This document shows, piece after piece, positions 30,711-40,314 of a stretch of DNA of 64,000 bases. Under the pieces are notes generated by a model. The model did not search any database. It had not been told where the DNA came from and worked only from the letters and a program-made list of their open reading frames with translations. A program made the translations under genes and the position numbers. Source of the DNA: Candidatus Thorarchaeota archaeon SMTZ1-45 (GTDB taxonomy: Archaea > Asgardarchaeota > Thorarchaeia > Thorarchaeales > Thorarchaeaceae); the NCBI GenBank assembly GCA_001563335.1, contig LRSL01000058.1:1-64000 (forward strand), written 5' to 3'. Positions within the stretch are counted from its first letter, which is position 1. The number at the start of each line of letters is the position of its first letter.

Positions 30711-31184
30711 ATGGTCTTGTCTCCAATAATCTTGATAGTCTGGCCAAGTCTTGAAACATAAACCCGGTTCAGAGAGGACTGTCGCACATAGTCCTGCATT
30801 AAGGTCTTTCTCTCTCTACGTTGGCCTTAATGATAAGCATGCGAAATGACGATTAAAGGTTGCGATTTGGCATGAACTGGGATTTCAGGATCATTTTTCA
30901 TTCCTGTTTCCTATTTTGACCTAAAATGAGGATATACCCCAACATACCAATTCCTATCCATGCAATTGATTCGAAGAATTTTGAATAATAATTGATAGTG
31001 ATTGTCAAGTTGTTTACTATCTCAAAATTGAAAGAATCACCATAATTCTCCCCACATATCCAGGTATCTTACGTCGGAATGATTTGATCTCATTCTCTTT
31101 GAAGAATATAGACAATGAATTATGCCTCTAATCTAATCGCTCAAGAAATTAAGCAAACTTCCAAAAAAACACATGCCCACAGTC

Positions 31185-31224
31185 TTTTTATACGAGTATG
31201 TGATATCATAATATGATATATCAC
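31185..31224 (+). promoter_or_regulatory. TATA box plus palindromic operator upstream of the structured RNA
   Basis: TTTTTATA at 31185-31192, then ATATCAT-aat-ATGATAT (31203-31219). Confidence 0.5.
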
Positions 31225-31475
31225 CTATAGCACGGTCAAGAGGCACGCTGGAGTTTCGCCAACCACAAGGGTTAACTGCGATTGTTCCCATCTCTTTACC
31301 AAACAAGGGCGTAGCATATTCAATGTGCGAGCCGATTAAGCTCTTTGGCGTGCGGAGCTTATCTTGCGATTAACTTCAAAATGGGTTCTTCGGAACGCGG
31401 CGCACAAAACATTAGGTGGTGGCGCGGCAATGCACCGCGTTGCTCGCACAGAGCTACGCCCACCCTCTCTTTCTT
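31220..31475 (+). ncRNA. Unassigned large structured ncRNA (two domains, long-range pseudoknot-type pairings)
   Basis: Two perfect 9-bp nested helices, cUUCGg tetraloop, G-U pairs that work on the + strand, upstream TATA, pyrimidine-rich 3' end; no ORF of 60 aa or more. Confidence 0.75.
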
Positions 31476-31559
31476 AGGATTGCAATCTGAATGAATGGCG
31501 ATTAATGTGCGTAAATGAACGAGCTAATTAGGGGAAATGTGCCCGATTGTCTGATTACC

Positions 31560-32099
31560 ATGGCCAAACTTAGCTTTTTTACAATCCTTGGAATCGTCAT
31601 AGTGACCCTGCTCTTTATTTCAGCAATACCGCAAGTGACTGCTGGACTAGAGGGTTTCATGATAAGCCAAGATAGCAATGAACCAGACATCTGGGAGTGG
31701 GGAATAGAAGGCGAGCCTGAGCTAGGTCAAGGATTTGATGTTTGGGCGAATGTTTCCGATCAAGATGATGATCTGAAGAATGTCACTGTTCAAGTTATTG
31801 GGCCAAACATGACTATCAATAATCTCATGACTTTTAATGGTACATTCTATACTGGATTCGTTCCAGCTTTTCCAAATGATGGGACATTCAGCGTAAGAAT
31901 TCGCGCTTATGATTTGGAAAACAATACAAGGACTAGTACCTTGGTTTACATCGATTTCGAGTCAAATCCGACACCAACAATAGATCCTTCAGTTACTATG
32001 CCCATCGTTGTAGGCTCAAGTGTCGGTTTCATGGTATTCGTTGTCGGTCTGGCTTTGCTGTATGACCGAAGAACTGTTCCTGACTTAGAAGGACTCTGA
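31560..32099 (+). CDS. Membrane-anchored single Ig-like domain protein
   Basis: Signal peptide, V.ANVSD...NVTV...RAYD..NN pattern, PTPT linker, C-terminal TM. Confidence 0.8.
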   Translation: MAKLSFFTILGIVIVTLLFISAIPQVTAGLEGFMISQDSNEPDIWEWGIEGEPELGQGFDVWANVSDQDDDLKNVTVQVIGPNMTINNLMTFNGTFYTGFVPAFPNDGTFSVRIRAYDLENNTRTSTLVYIDFESNPTPTIDPSVTMPIVVGSSVGFMVFVVGLALLYDRRTVPDLEGL

Positions 32100-32101
32100 T
32101 A

Positions 32102-32123
32102 ATTATATCATATGTGATATAAT
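32102..32123. promoter_or_regulatory. Palindromic operator upstream of the ABC permease
   Basis: ATTATATCA-tatg-TGATATAAT, perfect 9-bp arms, just before a TTTATAA TATA-like box. Confidence 0.5.
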
Positions 32124-32140
32124 CGCGAGTTTTATAAGTC

Positions 32141-34960
32141 TTGGAGCTTCGTGAACAAGAGGTCGCTGCTACTATGTTTAGGTACGCCTTCAAGCGAGTC
32201 GCTCGCAGTTATCGTCTTTTCATTGCATTAACTATTGGTGTTCTTTTAGCTACAACTTTTTTCGCGAGCACGAATGTCGCTGCTGACGTTCTGTCCAAAG
32301 ATGCTCTTGATGCCAGTATTGAAGGATACCTATACGATTTCTCAGTCGAGAGTGAGTTATCAAATTGGACTGTTTCGGATATGGAAACTCTAGAAACAGA
32401 CCTTGTCAACCTTACTGGGATTATAGCATCAACTCATTCCTCTCAGTTCACGTTCGAGTTCAATAATTCAGGCTTGAATATGACTCTTGCAGGTCTTGAA
32501 ATGTCATCAGATCTGACAACAGGGTTGCAGTTGATATCAGGCAAGTCGACTCTTGGACCCAATGAAACGTATATTGTAAGTGGTTCAGCAAATGAATCCC
32601 TCTTTGCTTTGGATCAGATTGTCGAAATGGAAATTGTTGTGCTCAGGGGATTTAATCCTCCAACTATAATTCAACGAAATCTTACAGTGGTTGGGTATGT
32701 ATACCTTCCTGATGATACTAGAGATTCAATATTACAATCCACATCTGGTAGTTTCTTCGACCTTTTGTCAGGAGGTGACTTAAGTGCATTAGGTCTTATT
32801 GGTCAGCGTTCTTACAATCTAATGATTTCTGATTGGGAATTGACTGTGCAATCGATACTTGAAGAGGCCTCTGAGGTTTCTTTGCACAATAAGATTGCTG
32901 TTCGTAATTTAATTCATCTTCAGATTGACCGTCCGCGATATCTAGACCCCTATGATATTGGGGCTTCACTGACAAGACTCGACCAAATTAAAACCTCCAT
33001 AAGTTCACGCTCGAGTCAATATGATGCAACAGTCATTTCTAACCTTGAGTTTACGCTAACATTATATCAATTCATGCAACTTGGAATGAATCTTCAATTT
33101 GTTTCATTATCTCTCCCTATCTTTCTCCTCGCTTATTTCACGGGAACAATGGTCAGCGATGTGGGATACAATTTCCGAAGACGAGAGATTGGACTTCTTC
33201 TCACGAAAGGGTATCAAAATCATACGATTAAGCGCATGTTTCTTGTTGAAGGCGCCTTAGTTGGCGGAATTGCTGGTGCTGCTTCAATCTTTCTTGGTAC
33301 TGCGGCAGCATATTACGTGCTTGGAATCACTGAAGTGAATTTCCTTACTGCTGTTATTAGTAATATTGTTGCTATTATCCTATCAATCATCGTTGGGATG
33401 TTCCTTGGATTATTCTCAGTGTGGCGGCCAGCAGGTCGGGCATCGAAACTTGAGGTTTTAGATGCTCTGAAACAATATATCTACGTGGAGGATGTATCAG
33501 AATACAAGCGACTTCTCCCAACTGTTTCTCTGATATTAGGATCTTACAAAATAATAGTATGGCTTCTTGGTATTGATATAGGTGGTCTATTCGGATCAAT
33601 CAATTTCGGGAATTTTGCAATTGCGTTATTGATTGTAGCATGGCTCATGGTTGATGGTATCCTCAACACACTTGGTCCACTTCTTTTCCTCTATGGTGCA
33701 ACAAGGGTGTTTATGAAGGGGTCACTTAGATTCCAAGAAGCTGTTGTGAGTGCAGGTCGAAGGTTCTTTGGAGCATTCGGAAATCTAGCTACAAGAAATG
33801 TGAAGCGGAATCCTGCTCGAACTGCGGCACTTGTATTCATAATCTCATTAATTGTATCCTATGGGATATTCGCAACTGGAAGTCTTTATTCTCAGGCTGA
33901 TTATATTGAGCGAAACGCTAGATATGATGTAGGAGCAGATGTTAGACTTCAACTCAATGCAGGAGCGAACATGACAGAGATGCTAGAGTCTGTACTAGAT
34001 TATAATGGAGTAGAAGATGCAACACCTGTGTATTATCTTGACCTTCGAGTTGGTAACACGCAAATAGAAACGCGAGGTATACGACCCAGTGAATGGACTG
34101 ATATTGGGTATTGGGAGCCTGAATGGTTCATAGGTGATATTACAGAGATGCTAGATAATCTAGGAGATGATGGTATCATCATATCCAGAGATGTCGCAAA
34201 GAGGTTGGAGCTGGATGTTGGGGATACGATTTATGTGGATGGTCCATTTGGTTCAGGAACCTATGGATTGACCATTGTTGGTCTTATTGGCTATCTTACA
34301 GTGATTGAGGTAGCTTTTGCAGGCGTTACATTTTCAACAGGTGGAGATTACATTTCTATTGTATCTGAAGACTTCCTGAATGATAGTATGCTTATTCATA
34401 CATCAACAGCTAATGTGCTGATTGACACTGCTTCGAATGTAAATGGCACAATCCTTCAGGAACAGTTGCTTCAGGATTTCGACGAAGTGTATAGGACCTT
34501 CTCTGTCACTTCTGAAATAGCAGATTATCAATCAAGTCCTCTCAGAAGCGGCTCGACTAAGATTCAATGGTTAGCAATAAGCTTCGCAATCATACTTGCC
34601 ATGGTTGGAACGGGTTTAGTGGTATATCTCACTCTAAGAGAAAAGGATGTAGAGATTGCTTTGTTGTCTGTTCGAGGTTTCAGCAAATGGCAGATGTTCA
34701 AAACACTTCTTGCTGAAGTGATGGTGACTATCCTATTCGCCCTTATATTGGGAGTGTTTGTTGGATATGTTGAGAATCTTGGACAGGTTTCACAATTGAA
34801 TACAAATGCAACTGGTCTAATACGTTATGAGGTGACCCTTGGAGGCGCAGCATTCTACACAAATCTCATACTCGTAGGTGTGATCTTACTAGCTGCAATA
34901 ATTCCTGTCTGGTTGTCCTCCAGACGCCCAGAATCAAAGGTCGACATACTAAGAGCATAG
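32141..34960 (+). CDS. FtsX/MacB-type ABC transporter permease (duplicated architecture)
   Basis: RRREIGLL..KG...I...FL.E and RE...EIALL..RG FtsX motifs; two large extracellular domains. Confidence 0.9.
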   Translation: MELREQEVAATMFRYAFKRVARSYRLFIALTIGVLLATTFFASTNVAADVLSKDALDASIEGYLYDFSVESELSNWTVSDMETLETDLVNLTGIIASTHSSQFTFEFNNSGLNMTLAGLEMSSDLTTGLQLISGKSTLGPNETYIVSGSANESLFALDQIVEMEIVVLRGFNPPTIIQRNLTVVGYVYLPDDTRDSILQSTSGSFFDLLSGGDLSALGLIGQRSYNLMISDWELTVQSILEEASEVSLHNKIAVRNLIHLQIDRPRYLDPYDIGASLTRLDQIKTSISSRSSQYDATVISNLEFTLTLYQFMQLGMNLQFVSLSLPIFLLAYFTGTMVSDVGYNFRRREIGLLLTKGYQNHTIKRMFLVEGALVGGIAGAASIFLGTAAAYYVLGITEVNFLTAVISNIVAIILSIIVGMFLGLFSVWRPAGRASKLEVLDALKQYIYVEDVSEYKRLLPTVSLILGSYKIIVWLLGIDIGGLFGSINFGNFAIALLIVAWLMVDGILNTLGPLLFLYGATRVFMKGSLRFQEAVVSAGRRFFGAFGNLATRNVKRNPARTAALVFIISLIVSYGIFATGSLYSQADYIERNARYDVGADVRLQLNAGANMTEMLESVLDYNGVEDATPVYYLDLRVGNTQIETRGIRPSEWTDIGYWEPEWFIGDITEMLDNLGDDGIIISRDVAKRLELDVGDTIYVDGPFGSGTYGLTIVGLIGYLTVIEVAFAGVTFSTGGDYISIVSEDFLNDSMLIHTSTANVLIDTASNVNGTILQEQLLQDFDEVYRTFSVTSEIADYQSSPLRSGSTKIQWLAISFAIILAMVGTGLVVYLTLREKDVEIALLSVRGFSKWQMFKTLLAEVMVTILFALILGVFVGYVENLGQVSQLNTNATGLIRYEVTLGGAAFYTNLILVGVILLAAIIPVWLSSRRPESKVDILRA

Positions 34961-35860
34961 GTGATAATAATGAGTACGAAAGCGTATATTCAAGCAGATG
35001 ACCTCGTGAAGGTCTATCGTCTAGGAAATGTGGAGGTTCAAGCCCTCCGGGGCCTCTCAATGCAGGTAGCCCAAGGTGAGATGGTCGCAATAGTCGGAGC
35101 GAGTGGGTCAGGAAAGACTACCCTGCTCAACATACTAGGTGGAATCACCAGAGCAACTGCAGGAAACACAGTTGTTGCTGGCTATGATGTAACCAACGCA
35201 AATTCGGTACAACTTGTCGCTCTCCGCCGTGAGATTGTCGGACATATCTTTCAAGAACTCAATCTTATTCCTACCCTCACAGCCTATGAGAATGTAGAGT
35301 TGCCTATGCTCGCAGCGAAAGTTGATGGAAGTAGAAGGAAAGCACGAGTTGAGGAATTGCTTTCTGTTGTGGGTCTCGAAGATAGAATGAAACACAAACC
35401 TGATGAGTTGTCTGGTGGAGAACGACAGCGAGTCGCTATCGCTGCAGCTATTGCTAATGACCCGAAAGTCCTACTTTGTGATGAGCCTACTGGGGATCTC
35501 GATACAGAAACAGGGGGCATCATTGTCGAGTATTTGCATAAAGTAAACAAGGAATATGGGAAGACTGTTTTGATGGTTACACACGACCCTTCAGTTGCTC
35601 GGCAATGTGATCGAATCTATAGGATTCGTGATGGTCAAATCATATCTGTTCAGTCACCTACAGCTGATGATCAATCAGAAGCAACCTCAAGGGTGGATGT
35701 CATTCGCGAAAGGCTTACAGAGATTAAAGCTGAGATTGCGCGTCTTGATGAACAAGCCAGGGCTGGTACTGTTGACCTTGGCGTGTTTGCAGGACGAAGG
35801 ACGGCTCTAGCAGATCGACAAAAGATGTTCGAAGAAGAGTTACACAGATTGGGTTTGTAA
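34961..35860 (+). CDS. LolD/MacB-type ABC ATP-binding protein with C-terminal coiled extension
   Basis: GASGSGKTT, LSGGERQR, DEPTGDLD and VTHD motifs. Confidence 0.95.
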   Translation: MIIMSTKAYIQADDLVKVYRLGNVEVQALRGLSMQVAQGEMVAIVGASGSGKTTLLNILGGITRATAGNTVVAGYDVTNANSVQLVALRREIVGHIFQELNLIPTLTAYENVELPMLAAKVDGSRRKARVEELLSVVGLEDRMKHKPDELSGGERQRVAIAAAIANDPKVLLCDEPTGDLDTETGGIIVEYLHKVNKEYGKTVLMVTHDPSVARQCDRIYRIRDGQIISVQSPTADDQSEATSRVDVIRERLTEIKAEIARLDEQARAGTVDLGVFAGRRTALADRQKMFEEELHRLGL

Positions 35861-35896
35861 GTAAATCGCCTACCTCGATATCTTTTTGTCCCGCAC

Positions 35897-36799
35897 ATGA
35901 GATGCCTAGAATTGGTGGTCTTACTGCAACTCCCTATCGTCGCTGTCCATGGCGGAGCTACAGTCTTTGAGAAGAAGAATCATGAGGCTATTCTAAAAGC
36001 AGTCAGAGCTGCTGCTAAACTTGGTATGCAAGCTCTTGAGAAAGGTGGTTCAGCTCTTGATGCAGTAGAAGCAACTATATGGGTACTTGAAGAAACAGAT
36101 CTCTTCACTGCAGGACTGGGTGCTAGTAAGAACCGTGATGGTGAGATTGAGCTGGATGCGATGATAATGGATGGGAACCGCCTTCAAAGTGGAGCTGTGA
36201 TGGCAGTGCAAAACATAGTCCATCCCATCTCTCTCGCAAGATATGTTTTAGAAAGGACAGCAAACTCTCAGATTGTCGGTTCTGGAGCAAACAAGCTATA
36301 CGAACAGATGTTGGCTGAGGGGTATCGAAAGGAAACCTCTGTCCGAAAGACTGAGGCGCCAATCATGGTAAAGAACTACGACACAGTTGGTGCAGTAGCT
36401 GTTGATAGAAGTGGTAGAATAGTGTCAGGTTCTTCAACGAGTGGTTGGCCAGGAAAAATGCCAGGTCGTGTGGGTGATTCACCAATCATTGGGGCTGGTG
36501 TATATGCAAATGATGTTGCTGGTGCAAGCTGCACTGGAAAGGGGGAGCAGATACTTAGGATTACAATGGGAAGGATGGCTGTTTATCATGTTGAACAAGG
36601 TCTGTCTGTTCAACAAGCTGCAGAAAATGTGATGACTGAGCTGCGTCAGAAGACCACAGGTGAAGCTGGTCTTATCCTGGTGAATAAATTCGGTGATTTG
36701 GCAATAGACTTCGATACGACTCATATGCCTGTTGCAGTGATTTCGAAAGACATGAGTGAAGTGTTCTACTCGATGACCCCCGAATGGCCTATTGACTAG
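35897..36799 (+). CDS. iaaA: Isoaspartyl peptidase / type-2 L-asparaginase (Ntn hydrolase)
   Basis: VHGGA, ELDA.IMDG, DTVGAVA, STSG...K.PGRVGDSP and TGKGE motifs. Confidence 0.93.
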   Translation: MRCLELVVLLQLPIVAVHGGATVFEKKNHEAILKAVRAAAKLGMQALEKGGSALDAVEATIWVLEETDLFTAGLGASKNRDGEIELDAMIMDGNRLQSGAVMAVQNIVHPISLARYVLERTANSQIVGSGANKLYEQMLAEGYRKETSVRKTEAPIMVKNYDTVGAVAVDRSGRIVSGSSTSGWPGKMPGRVGDSPIIGAGVYANDVAGASCTGKGEQILRITMGRMAVYHVEQGLSVQQAAENVMTELRQKTTGEAGLILVNKFGDLAIDFDTTHMPVAVISKDMSEVFYSMTPEWPID

Positions 36800-36802
36800 A
36801 CG

Positions 36803-37999
36803 CTAGTCAAGGAGTCGTTTCTCTCCGGATATTTTTAAGATCTCAGTGATGTCCTGACTGACCTCCAAACATCCAAGATATTTCTTCTCACTATCTCTTA
36901 CAGCAAAGTAACGAATATGAATGGTCTTTCCTCCGAGATTGATCCAAAACTCTGCTGAATCTCTCGTTGCTTTTCTGAAGTCATTCAAAATCTGCTCAAC
37001 TACGTGCACACTCTTTTTTGGATGACATAACTGCACACTTCTCCCAATTACTGCTCTTGAACGGACAAAGATTCTATCAGGTGACTCACTGAAGAATTGA
37101 ACTCTGTCTTGCGCGTCTACAAAGGTCATATCGATTGGCAAGTGCTTAAAAATCGCCTCAAGTGTGTCAACAGAGAGTTTTCCACTACCAAAAACAACCT
37201 CACTTCCTTCTGAAACAATTGGTTTCTCAACTTGAACTGGGGCTCTTATTCCAACAGGTTTGATTGAATAACTGCAATATCCAATGTCATCAAAATCCTG
37301 GATGACAATCTCCCATTCCTGTTCGCCAAACAGTCTCAAGGATGCTGGGAATAGGATATTGTTCTCCTTATTGAAGTGGCTTGCAAGCATATTAGCCAAA
37401 GTTGTTGACGCATTGCTTAGCTTGCCCAGATTCTCGATCAGTTCTTTATTTGAGTCTGAATTCAGGTCAAATAGTCCTTTCTCAATTTCATGAATTTCCT
37501 GATGCTCACTCCACATTGCTGCTGGTGGTCCTGTGAGACCATGTTTTTCCAGAACTGGAAAGAGGGCATTTTCTTCACGTAAATAGTGGGTTGTGGATTC
37601 ACCAAAGAATTCAAGTAATTGCCTTATCCGATCGAGATACGCAGGGTTTGGTTCACTTTCTTCCTCTGAAATCGTTTTGGTGAGGGAATGCAGTTCGTTA
37701 GCATATTCCATGAGGAGGGCATGCTCAGACATCAGAGTGTGGATAGGATGTCCCTTTGGTACAATTGGTTTTTGAGCTTGAACGGTATCTCTAAAGACTT
37801 CGAGACTCATATTATAAAGGGTTTGAAAGACTTCATTAGATAATCCCTCTCTGATTAACTCATCTTTTACCAGCATCATCTCTGCTGGATTAACAACACC
37901 CAGTGTCTTCACGAAGTCTTTCTTGAGTTCCCTAGTATCCTCTCCTACATCAATCCTCTTAGCAATCTCTTTGAGGATATTCTTCCTTTCACTCGCCAT
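36803..37999 (-). CDS. DUF438 / hemerythrin / PAS_10 domain protein
   Basis: GHPIHTL..EH, HY.REEN.LFP, MW.EH, H..KENNILFP; PAS segment LP.D.TFVD...IGR.VQ.CHP..S. Confidence 0.92.
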   Translation of the reverse strand: MASERKNILKEIAKRIDVGEDTRELKKDFVKTLGVVNPAEMMLVKDELIREGLSNEVFQTLYNMSLEVFRDTVQAQKPIVPKGHPIHTLMSEHALLMEYANELHSLTKTISEEESEPNPAYLDRIRQLLEFFGESTTHYLREENALFPVLEKHGLTGPPAAMWSEHQEIHEIEKGLFDLNSDSNKELIENLGKLSNASTTLANMLASHFNKENNILFPASLRLFGEQEWEIVIQDFDDIGYCSYSIKPVGIRAPVQVEKPIVSEGSEVVFGSGKLSVDTLEAIFKHLPIDMTFVDAQDRVQFFSESPDRIFVRSRAVIGRSVQLCHPKKSVHVVEQILNDFRKATRDSAEFWINLGGKTIHIRYFAVRDSEKKYLGCLEVSQDITEILKISGEKRLLD

Positions 38000-38017
38000 A
38001 AAATCGCCAATGATATG

Positions 38018-38785
38018 TTATGAAACTGTCTTGATATTTCCTTTGACTCCGATTTCAAAAACCCTCAATGGAATATTCCGACCAGTGTTCACAATAGCTT
38101 GGGCTACAACCCTGACTAGCCCATGGCAACAAGGAACCTCCATATGAACAACAGACACATCCTTTACGTTATTGACTTTAAACATCTGAGTAAGCTTTTC
38201 GAGGTTTTGCTGATAATCTTCGAACTTAGGACAGACTAGAACTGCGGCTTTATCCTTCAGAAAGTCTTCATGCATTGATGTATATGCTAATGCTGCACAA
38301 TCTGCAATAATGAGGACACTAGCATTCCTAAGAACTGGGTGTTGTGGCATTAGCAATCTAAGTTTAATTGGCCAATGCGTGAGTCTAGACTCTTTTGGCT
38401 TCAAGATGGTTTCAGGCAATAGATGATCAGGACCTTCATGGACACTAACATCTCCCTCAAAATAGGTGAATTTCTCACTTCCTACACATCCCACTTCTTG
38501 ACTTGCTAGTCTTTGCTTTCTGATATTCTGTTTTGCTGCAATTTCATCAAAAGGAACAGTTTCGACCTCTCTGAGTGTCAATGCTCCTTCAGGACATTCA
38601 CCTAGGCAAGCACCCAGACCATCACAGAATGATTCAGACACTACCTTAGCTTTTCCGTCGACTATCTGAAGTGCACCCTCAGCACATCCTGGTACACAAT
38701 TACCACATCCCGTGCAGAGGTCTTCGTCTATGTGTATCATGAGTCTTTTTACAATGGTCGTAGAGCTTTCCATCATCTTCACCAT
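38018..38785 (-). CDS. 2x[4Fe-4S] ferredoxin-domain iron-sulfur protein
   Basis: CTGCGNCVPGC, CDGLGACLGECP, WPIKL, ADC, CPK and MEVPCC motifs. Confidence 0.9.
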   Translation of the reverse strand: MVKMMESSTTIVKRLMIHIDEDLCTGCGNCVPGCAEGALQIVDGKAKVVSESFCDGLGACLGECPEGALTLREVETVPFDEIAAKQNIRKQRLASQEVGCVGSEKFTYFEGDVSVHEGPDHLLPETILKPKESRLTHWPIKLRLLMPQHPVLRNASVLIIADCAALAYTSMHEDFLKDKAAVLVCPKFEDYQQNLEKLTQMFKVNNVKDVSVVHMEVPCCHGLVRVVAQAIVNTGRNIPLRVFEIGVKGNIKTVS

Positions 38786-38847
38786 AGTTAATTATTTATT
38801 GGTCTACTATTATAAATATAGTAGTTACCAATTGGGAAGTTAATATC

Positions 38848-39243
38848 ATGACAGGGCGAACAAAAGAAGATGTGGAAAGGTGTCCGGTGTTCGCTGCATC
38901 TCGGATTCTAGGGAAGCGTTGGTCGATTCTCATCATTCAAGTTCTACTGAGGCCTGAGGCTATCATTGGAATGAGATTCAATGATCTGCATAAAGAGCTA
39001 AGCTGGATTAGCCCAAAAGTTCTGACGCAACGACTCAGAGAACTTCAAGAAAGTGGAATCATATCTAGAGATGTTGATGCTAGCTCAATTCCACCAAAGG
39101 TATGGTACACACTAACTGAGAAAGGCAGAGACCTTGGACCCACCTTGGAAACTATGCAAGCTTGGGGCATGAAACATGGTGGTCGAGTTGTTGCTGTCTG
39201 TTTGAGTAAGGGCTTCGAACATTGCCATGAGTGTCAACATTAA
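38848..39243 (+). CDS. HxlR/DUF24-family redox-responsive transcriptional regulator
   Basis: CPV...ILG.RW, ISPKVL..RLREL, PPKV.Y.LT.KG; C-terminal Cys/His residues. Confidence 0.92.
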   Translation: MTGRTKEDVERCPVFAASRILGKRWSILIIQVLLRPEAIIGMRFNDLHKELSWISPKVLTQRLRELQESGIISRDVDASSIPPKVWYTLTEKGRDLGPTLETMQAWGMKHGGRVVAVCLSKGFEHCHECQH

Positions 39244-39303
39244 CAAAATGAGATATTAGAAGCTACTGCATTTTCTCCTCCTGGAATTCAGGAGTGGTCC
39301 TAT

Positions 39304-40287
39304 ATGAAACGCAAAATCAAATATGGCGCCAGATTGAGTCGTGTAATTTCAACAGTTGCACCTGATAGCGAGAACCCAAATATTACTCCATATGAGCGAA
39401 TTCAATGGTCACGTGTCCGACAGGTCGCTCAAGAATGTGAAAGGTTGGGATTTGATTCAGTAATTGTACCAGATCATCCTATGGATGATGTGTCTCGATA
39501 TGCTTGTATGTCTACATTAGCAGCCCTAGCTGCAAGCACTGAAAGAGTTACTATAGGAACACTCACTACTAACACAATGAGATACCTCCCTAATCCATCA
39601 CTATTCATCAAGGAAGTTGCCACTTTGGATGACATTTCTAATGGCCGATTATATCCGTTTGGTCTTGGTCTTGGCTGGACTCCCCATGAATATGAGGCAT
39701 TCGGATTTCCTTTTCCACCTCACAAGATTCGACTTGCTCAGATGAAAGAAACGATTGAAATGATGAAACTGATGTTTACAGAGGATTTGGTCACTTATGA
39801 GGGTGAATATTTCCAAATCAAGAATGCTATCTGTGAGCCTAAACCGGTTCAAAAACCATTTCCGATCGTTATAGGAGCGCGTGGGAACAGGACTCTTAGT
39901 CTTGCCACTGAATATGCTGATCACATCGACATATATGGAGGGATGGACTTGGATGATCTTCAAGAACGGCTTAGTTTTGTTGAGGACACTTGCTCAGAAA
40001 TCGGACGAGACTTCAAAGAGATTTTATTCTCATGGGGTTGTTGGTTCTGGATATATGAAAATGAAAAAGAGAGAGACAAATATGCCTCAGAAATTAAGCG
40101 TCTATCCGAGTATCCAGAAGACAGATTCCAAGCAAAAATAATAATGGGGACTCCTGAAGAAATCGTTGAGAAGTTCGAATCACTCATCGACCTAGGAATC
40201 ACCTATTTCACATTGAGGTTTGAAGATTTGCCTAGCACGCATGGGCTAGAGCTATTTGCCGAGCATGTAATGCCCGAACTAAATTGA
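39304..40287 (+). CDS. LLM-class (luciferase-like, probably F420-dependent) oxidoreductase
   Basis: GFDSV..PDH, TLD.IS.GR...GLG.GW...EY and PKPVQ.P motifs. Confidence 0.9.
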   Translation: MKRKIKYGARLSRVISTVAPDSENPNITPYERIQWSRVRQVAQECERLGFDSVIVPDHPMDDVSRYACMSTLAALAASTERVTIGTLTTNTMRYLPNPSLFIKEVATLDDISNGRLYPFGLGLGWTPHEYEAFGFPFPPHKIRLAQMKETIEMMKLMFTEDLVTYEGEYFQIKNAICEPKPVQKPFPIVIGARGNRTLSLATEYADHIDIYGGMDLDDLQERLSFVEDTCSEIGRDFKEILFSWGCWFWIYENEKERDKYASEIKRLSEYPEDRFQAKIIMGTPEEIVEKFESLIDLGITYFTLRFEDLPSTHGLELFAEHVMPELN

Positions 40288-40314
40288 AGAATATTCTTGA
40301 GGTTCTCGTACATC

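Noticed and set aside
31220-31475. RNase P, SRP or known riboswitch identity for the structured RNA
   Set aside because: GGAGTTTCGCCAACC and ACAAAACAT superficially recall RNase P CR-I and CR-V, but the GGAA core and P4 pairing are absent and the 5' and 3' ends do not pair. There is no SRP helix-8 motif and no full cobalamin, lysine, TPP or c-di-AMP consensus.
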